64,000 nucleotides of DNA from an uncultured Nitrososphaeraceae archaeon (lineage in GTDB: Archaea; Thermoproteota; Nitrososphaeria; Nitrososphaerales; Nitrososphaeraceae), in the NCBI GenBank assembly GCA_963765895.1, contig CAVXZB010000012.1, positions 1 through 64,000 of the forward strand. Direction: 5' to 3'. Shown in pieces: positions 58,574-64,000 of this stretch. Under the pieces are notes generated by a model, which was given only the letters and a program-made list of their open reading frames with translations, did not search any database and was not told where the DNA came from. The number at the start of each line of letters is the position of its first letter. Position 1 is the first letter of the stretch. The position numbers and the translations under genes were made by a program.

Positions 58574-59377
58574 TCATATTGATGCTGCGGTATTTATTCT
58601 CACTTCTGAAACTTTTACAGAATTGTTATTATCACTGTCATTATTGCCTTGCCCAGATCTACCATAGAATGAAACCTTAATATATTTAGCATCTACTTGT
58701 GGGACAATGCCATAATTTTCAAATCCGTTATTAGAACCAGAACTAGTTCCTTTAAGAATATCAGTAAATGTTTTACCATCCTTTGAAGTTGATATCATAA
58801 AGTTATTTTCATGTCTATCGCCTTTATCCCATGCAACGTCTAGGCTACACAGTTTCTTTATACTATGTAGATTAAGTTGAAGATACGTTCCAAAGGCTGT
58901 TGCGCTCCATTTTGTTTCTAGATTATTATCTATAGTATTGGTAGGCATGTTTTTATTATTGTCATCATTTATTGTAGGCGCATTAACAGTAACAGATGCA
59001 ATAGATGCTGCTTCGCAATTACTGTTGTCACCATAATATGTCGTAATAGGATTGCTGAATGTCATTTGTCCTTCGATTGAAGATAAATTGGTTGTTGTTA
59101 GCAATTGGTTATCAAGCATCTTATTAATATCATTCCTATCATTATCATTTTTATGTTGAGACGAAATACCAGTACTGCAATGCTTCCCCAAACACAATCC
59201 TCCAAGACACGGATTAGTTGTAAGACATGCTAGGTCTAACCTTTTCTTATTATTATTATTATTAGCATTTACTTCATGACTTTGATTTATTATAATGAAT
59301 AATGTAAGGATTAGTAATACCACTAGTTGAAACAGATGGACTACTGAATTGGTTGGCTTATTTTTCATCGACTTCAT
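58574..59377 (-). CDS. Secreted F5/8 type C (discoidin) domain protein
   Basis: Signal peptide; NTIDNNLETKWS, YLQLNL, ISTSKDGKTF, AKYIKV, VSEVRI. Confidence 0.82.
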   Translation of the reverse strand: MKSMKNKPTNSVVHLFQLVVLLILTLFIIINQSHEVNANNNNNKKRLDLACLTTNPCLGGLCLGKHCSTGISSQHKNDNDRNDINKMLDNQLLTTTNLSSIEGQMTFSNPITTYYGDNSNCEAASIASVTVNAPTINDDNNKNMPTNTIDNNLETKWSATAFGTYLQLNLHSIKKLCSLDVAWDKGDRHENNFMISTSKDGKTFTDILKGTSSGSNNGFENYGIVPQVDAKYIKVSFYGRSGQGNNDSDNNNSVKVSEVRINTAASI

Positions 59378-60215
59378 TAAGATATTTGGGATCAGAATAT
59401 TATTATCTGCTTTTATAGATTATTTAAGCAAATTGAATTTGTTGCTGCTATAAGTAAATATAATATATAATTTTTTAGATTTTATTTTTCGACAATTCTT
59501 TTACTGGTTTTGTTTCTATATCTAAAATATAACTGAAGTTGATTACTATATATTATGAATATGGAGTAGATCTATCACAAAGTAATATTTAATATTAATA
59601 ATTTTCGTAGAAGATAATTCCAGCATGTTATTTGGATATGATAATACTAATATTAGACATTTGATATGGTTTGAATATAAAATTACTAGATTTGTAAGTA
59701 TAATGAAAATTCTATGATAATTAAATTATAGTATAAATCTATATTTTATCTTCTAATATTATTGCATATTAAATAGATATATTTTCAGATCACAGATTAT
59801 AATGCTATTAACATATAACAATTTACGAGATTATAGATATATAAAATTTCTGAATAATAATTTTGTTACATTAACAATCTGAAGTTGCATAGTCTTTATT
59901 CAAATATGTAACTATATTATATTTATTAACGAAACTGTCAGTGAGATAAAGCATCAAATGGTATTAACCTGGAGCAAGTATTACGATCGTTTCCCGATCC
60001 TTTTTCTATAAAGATACAAATTACATTAAAACTTTTGCATATCGTGATAAATTTTGTATTAAGACTAAGTAATTTATTCAGCTAATTAAGTCATATAAAT
60101 ATCATTAAATATCACATGCTAAATTTATCACTTTCCGAAAATATTAATAATTATTATGTGAAAGCAAATATGGCAAAGTTATCTTCGATAACTATCGTGT
60201 CGCAATATGTCCATA

Positions 60216-61505
60216 TTATGGCGTAGTTGGTGCCCGATTAGGCGGCTTAGGAGGTACTGGAGAAGGATTTGGTGGAGGATACGGAATAGATGAAGTTAGA
60301 AATAATGCTGGACGTCCGGCAAGCACAATATTCACCTGTACATGTTTGCCTTCTCTATATACGGTTAATGTAATATTATTGCCCGGAGATTTATTCTGTT
60401 CAAGATATGATACTAGATCATCAAATCGTGTAATGTTTTTCCCATCGACGGATGTTATTATATCTCCACCATGTTTTTGACCATACTGATCTGTAGTAGA
60501 CCCTTTAATACCAGATTTATCAGCAGAGCCATTCTTTATTATGTTGTCGACTACTACTCCTTTAAGATCAGACGGTAAATTTTTGAATCTTTGAGCCAAA
60601 TCAGACGTAAGCGACGTACCTGTAAGTCCAAGATAAGGGTGAGTATAAGTTCCTTTTTCAATCAAGACTGGAATTATTTTTTTTACTGTGTTGGATGAAA
60701 TTGCAAATCCGATTCCAGAAAATCCACCAGTAGATGAAAGAATACCAGTATTTAATCCAATGACATGACCCTTCATATTTAGTAAAGGACCACCAGAATT
60801 ACCGGGATTTATAGCCGCGTCTGTTTGAATTATATCTGATATGGAATATCCATAACTAGGATCTGGAAATAAACGGCCTATCTGACTTACAATACCTGTT
60901 GTCATAGTATTATCCAGACCATATGGATTACCAATAGCTATCACTTGATCACCTACTTCAAGTTCTGATGAATTACCTAATACAATTGGTTTAAAGAGAA
61001 AGAGTGATGACTTTTGACTACTATTACTGTCTGGACTTATCTTTAGCACTGCCAGATCACTAAAAGGATCTCGACCTGTTACAATGGCACTATATCTATT
61101 ACCATCAATAGATGTCACATCAACTACTTTTGAATTTCCTACAACGTGATTATTGGTAACTATATGTCCCTGTCTATCATAAATAAAACCCGAGCCCAAC
61201 GCTGTTTGGTTTTCTCCTCCCGGTTGTTGTGAAGAATTTGGATTTGATATTGGTATCTTACTGGTAACTTGAACTACAGATCCTTCTACTTTTTTGAAAA
61301 TATCTTTGATATTAGAAGTGAAATTAGTATTAGAGATATTAGTAGCATTAACTTGAAGATTAGACTGATTTGATATTGGAGATGCAGTGGCGATCTGAAA
61401 TAAAGAAGAGTGTGACAATAGTATTGATAATGTTATACTTACTAGTAAGAAAATCATGCCCAAAAACAACTGAAATTTATTTGACTCTTGTTTGGATACA
61501 CTCAT
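60216..61505 (-). CDS. HtrA/DegP-family serine protease with PDZ domain
   Basis: TNNHVV, DLAVL, INPGNSGGPLL triad; YLGL...GDIITSVDG PDZ; Pro-rich tail. Confidence 0.95.
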   Translation of the reverse strand: MSVSKQESNKFQLFLGMIFLLVSITLSILLSHSSLFQIATASPISNQSNLQVNATNISNTNFTSNIKDIFKKVEGSVVQVTSKIPISNPNSSQQPGGENQTALGSGFIYDRQGHIVTNNHVVGNSKVVDVTSIDGNRYSAIVTGRDPFSDLAVLKISPDSNSSQKSSLFLFKPIVLGNSSELEVGDQVIAIGNPYGLDNTMTTGIVSQIGRLFPDPSYGYSISDIIQTDAAINPGNSGGPLLNMKGHVIGLNTGILSSTGGFSGIGFAISSNTVKKIIPVLIEKGTYTHPYLGLTGTSLTSDLAQRFKNLPSDLKGVVVDNIIKNGSADKSGIKGSTTDQYGQKHGGDIITSVDGKNITRFDDLVSYLEQNKSPGNNITLTVYREGKHVQVNIVLAGRPALFLTSSIPYPPPNPSPVPPKPPNRAPTTP

Positions 61506-62768
61506 TAATAAGTCTGAATATTTGAAACAATATATACATTATTATTTTAAAATGTTCTATTGATATGCTTCGCTGCCTATTTTGATCTCTGCACATTTAT
61601 TATGTAAATAGAAAGGTCATTAATTTGGATATTTATGGAATTGCACAATATACATACTATCTTCGATAAATATTATATCTCAATTACAATAATATATATT
61701 TTATAGCGAATCATCATTAGCCATCAGACCAGGTATTATTGTTATTATTGTTATATGAATTGACTAGTTCAGTCGCCATTGATCTTATACTGGTAGTCTG
61801 TATAGACAAGCACTCGACTAGTATCTAGTTTCGAATGTTGGTCCGATAGATGACTATCCAGTGAAATATCGTACAAATCCTTCATCTCCTCAGATTTCTA
61901 CTCGCTGTCTTTATCTATCGCTAAGCCGTCAAAATAAAATGTGCTCTCTGTATCTCGGACTAGAATTTCCAATATGATGTTCAATCCTCTCTAGTCTGTG
62001 TGGACATTTTCTTCCAAACTTGTGAAAGATATAGATAGACCATTTTGAAGTTGTAGTCATATCTACTACCCATTCTTGTTGGCGATGAATATGATATTGC
62101 CAATCGACTTTTTATTGTATAACTAATTTGACAAGACAGATGGGTAATTAGTTGATCATGTTCATACATCATGGGAAGTCAGTTCTTCTATCGAATGTGG
62201 AGATCTAGATTATCGCACTCCAATGCAGTATAGAAATAACATATTCGTGAGTTAATATGGTGATGTTAATTATAGCGAGTCTGAAATCATCTTGAATGAG
62301 ATCAGATTGGGGCCTGTCGCTTAACTTTAGACGACTTAGTGGTGTAAACACGAAATTGTTTTAATTATCTGTAATGCCTATTACGTCTTCTGTTATAAAA
62401 GTTAAAATCGAAAAGGCCAATTGCCCCAAAGGCGGTCAGTGCAATTACCGCTTCTGCAATAGCAACCGATATCTTCACACTCATAATCCACTACGTAGTT
62501 CGATCCGACATTTTTATCTATTAGTAAGAATACACAATTAACATCCTGAAGAGCTTTATTCCTTTCTCAGACGACGGCTAACACTTTTTCAATTTATTTC
62601 GATAAGTTAGCGGAATCTTAATTAGTTAAGTGTTATACAAAAAAATTGGCTAATTGAGAATATATAGTTATGTATTGATTTTTATTTGGAAAAAACAGGT
62701 TATTTAATCTAATTATTCTAAATTTATACCTCACAGATAATTATCTAAATAATAAAAAATGAGAGGGA

Positions 62769-62906
62769 TCACTTACCTATCTTAAACATTTTTGTTCCAC
62801 AGACAGTACAAATTCCCTGCGTTGCAGGCTTGCCGTTTTTCATCGTGATCTTTTTCTCATCATTCATTGACCTTTTTGATTTGCATTTAACGCAATATGC
62901 TTCCAT
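62769..62906 (-). CDS. DUF5679 small Zn-ribbon protein (not in the ORF track)
   Basis: MEAYCVKCKSKRSMNDEKKITMKNGKPATQGICTVCGTKMFKIGK. Confidence 0.85.
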   Translation of the reverse strand: MEAYCVKCKSKRSMNDEKKITMKNGKPATQGICTVCGTKMFKIGK

Positions 62907-63069
62907 GATAATGCAAATGATTAAGCGAGATAAAAAAGAAGCGGTGTATAAAATGATTGTCTGAAAGAATAGTGATACTTACTCATCTTAATTTCTTATG
63001 TACAAATGATATTTTAGATAATTTATTGTAATAAGGGGCCATTGATTTATAGTTTTCGTCATTACATAT

Positions 63070-63426
63070 TTAGTTATTCCTATTTCCTACTACTTTGAAC
63101 TTGTAATGTTTAAAGACTTCACGGTAATGACGAACATAGCTCTCTGCTACGTCATGGGTTGAGAATGAACATCTAATACCATCAATTGCGATCTTTTTAT
63201 CGTGCAAATCCAAGACTTCGATCACATAAGATTTCGGCAATTTTTTGGCATTTCTTAAGACTATAGATACACTAATTAGTAAGAATAAAATAGTAGACAG
63301 AATGATTAAAGCATATTCAAATCCCTTACCAAAGTTTATGAAATAAGTAATTAGATTATTATCAATCCATTTATAAGTAATATTTAGAACCTCCAATAGA
63401 GCAGTTATAATAAAATTCAATATCAT
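63070..63426 (-). CDS. Hypothetical membrane protein
   Basis: TM helix followed by a small alpha/beta domain. Confidence 0.6.
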   Translation of the reverse strand: MILNFIITALLEVLNITYKWIDNNLITYFINFGKGFEYALIILSTILFLLISVSIVLRNAKKLPKSYVIEVLDLHDKKIAIDGIRCSFSTHDVAESYVRHYREVFKHYKFKVVGNRNN

Positions 63427-63710
63427 TATTACGTATTTATTAAATACGTACTTATTACTATACTTTCCCTTCTATATATAAGTCCTCTACTTAAAAACAC
63501 AAAATATATTATAAATATATGAAATCTTATTCATTTTCTTATTTTTGGAATTAAAGTCATTACTGTAAAGTGTGTTGATCCGATCAATAACCTTAATTGC
63601 TAAAGCTTATTTAAACACGGAGAGGGATTAGTCATTGTATGTTTTTAAAAATCAGTAATTTGAGTATATTAGTTTCGGCGTCATTCATTGCCTTTAATTA
63701 CATCTAACAG

Positions 63711-64000
63711 CTAACCCATTCGAACAATTTGAATAAGACTATCAAAGTTATACTTTGTTGGTTTTTGTTTATACAATCTCAATATTTGAATAATTTCATT
63801 TTTTGGTATGTTTAGTAGATCATTTATTCGTCTGGCAATCACACCGTTAAGTAATAATGCCTGAGTTGCGGAGGTTACATTAGATATCTTTCTGAGATTA
63901 CTAGAGCTCTCAAAATCAATAATATTCACATCATCATGTTCGGAAATTAGTACATGACGATCAAGACGACTCAGCTCTCCATGATCCAAATGTATTTTAT
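63711..64000 (-). CDS. Hypothetical protein, 3' part (may continue beyond the window)
   Basis: Open frame running to the window edge. Confidence 0.5.
   Translation of the reverse strand, partial: KIHLDHGELSRLDRHVLISEHDDVNIIDFESSSNLRKISNVTSATQALLLNGVIARRINDLLNIPKNEIIQILRLYKQKPTKYNFDSLIQIVRMG

Noticed and set aside
62309-62326. GGGGCCTGTCGCTTAAC as another IS6 end
   Set aside because: No partner TIR or transposase remnant recognised

Overview
AT-rich archaeal window whose gene content and protein families point to a soil ammonia-oxidising thaumarchaeon (Nitrososphaeraceae; inferred from family recognition, no rRNA marker present). It is mostly accessory DNA. It holds decayed IS5- and IS6-family elements with readable TIRs/TSDs, many pseudogenes, small secreted and Zn-finger proteins and proviral remnants (integrase stub, HTH, terminase nuclease domain). 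Recognisable genes include an aquaporin, patatin, ccdA plus redoxin (split DipZ), a Vgb-like propeller, ppx plus two thymidylate-kinase-like genes plus sixA (archaeal PPK3-type polyphosphate locus), kdpABC with an uncalled kdpF-like peptide, purP, hflX and an HtrA protease. Most notable: (1) four same-orientation, variably 5'-truncated copies of the 3' end of a PIP-box-bearing DUF72 gene that bracket cargo modules, including the whole kdp operon; (2) a secreted mini-protein with 18 consecutive His flanked by Cys pairs; (3) six independent frameshifts that all sit on GCT[C]GC, probably a basecalling footprint of GCWGC methylation, so several 'pseudogenes' are probably intact; (4) a GC-rich DUF899 gene fused behind an archaeal HTH stub. 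No tRNA, rRNA or CRISPR array was seen. Pseudogene boundaries are approximate.
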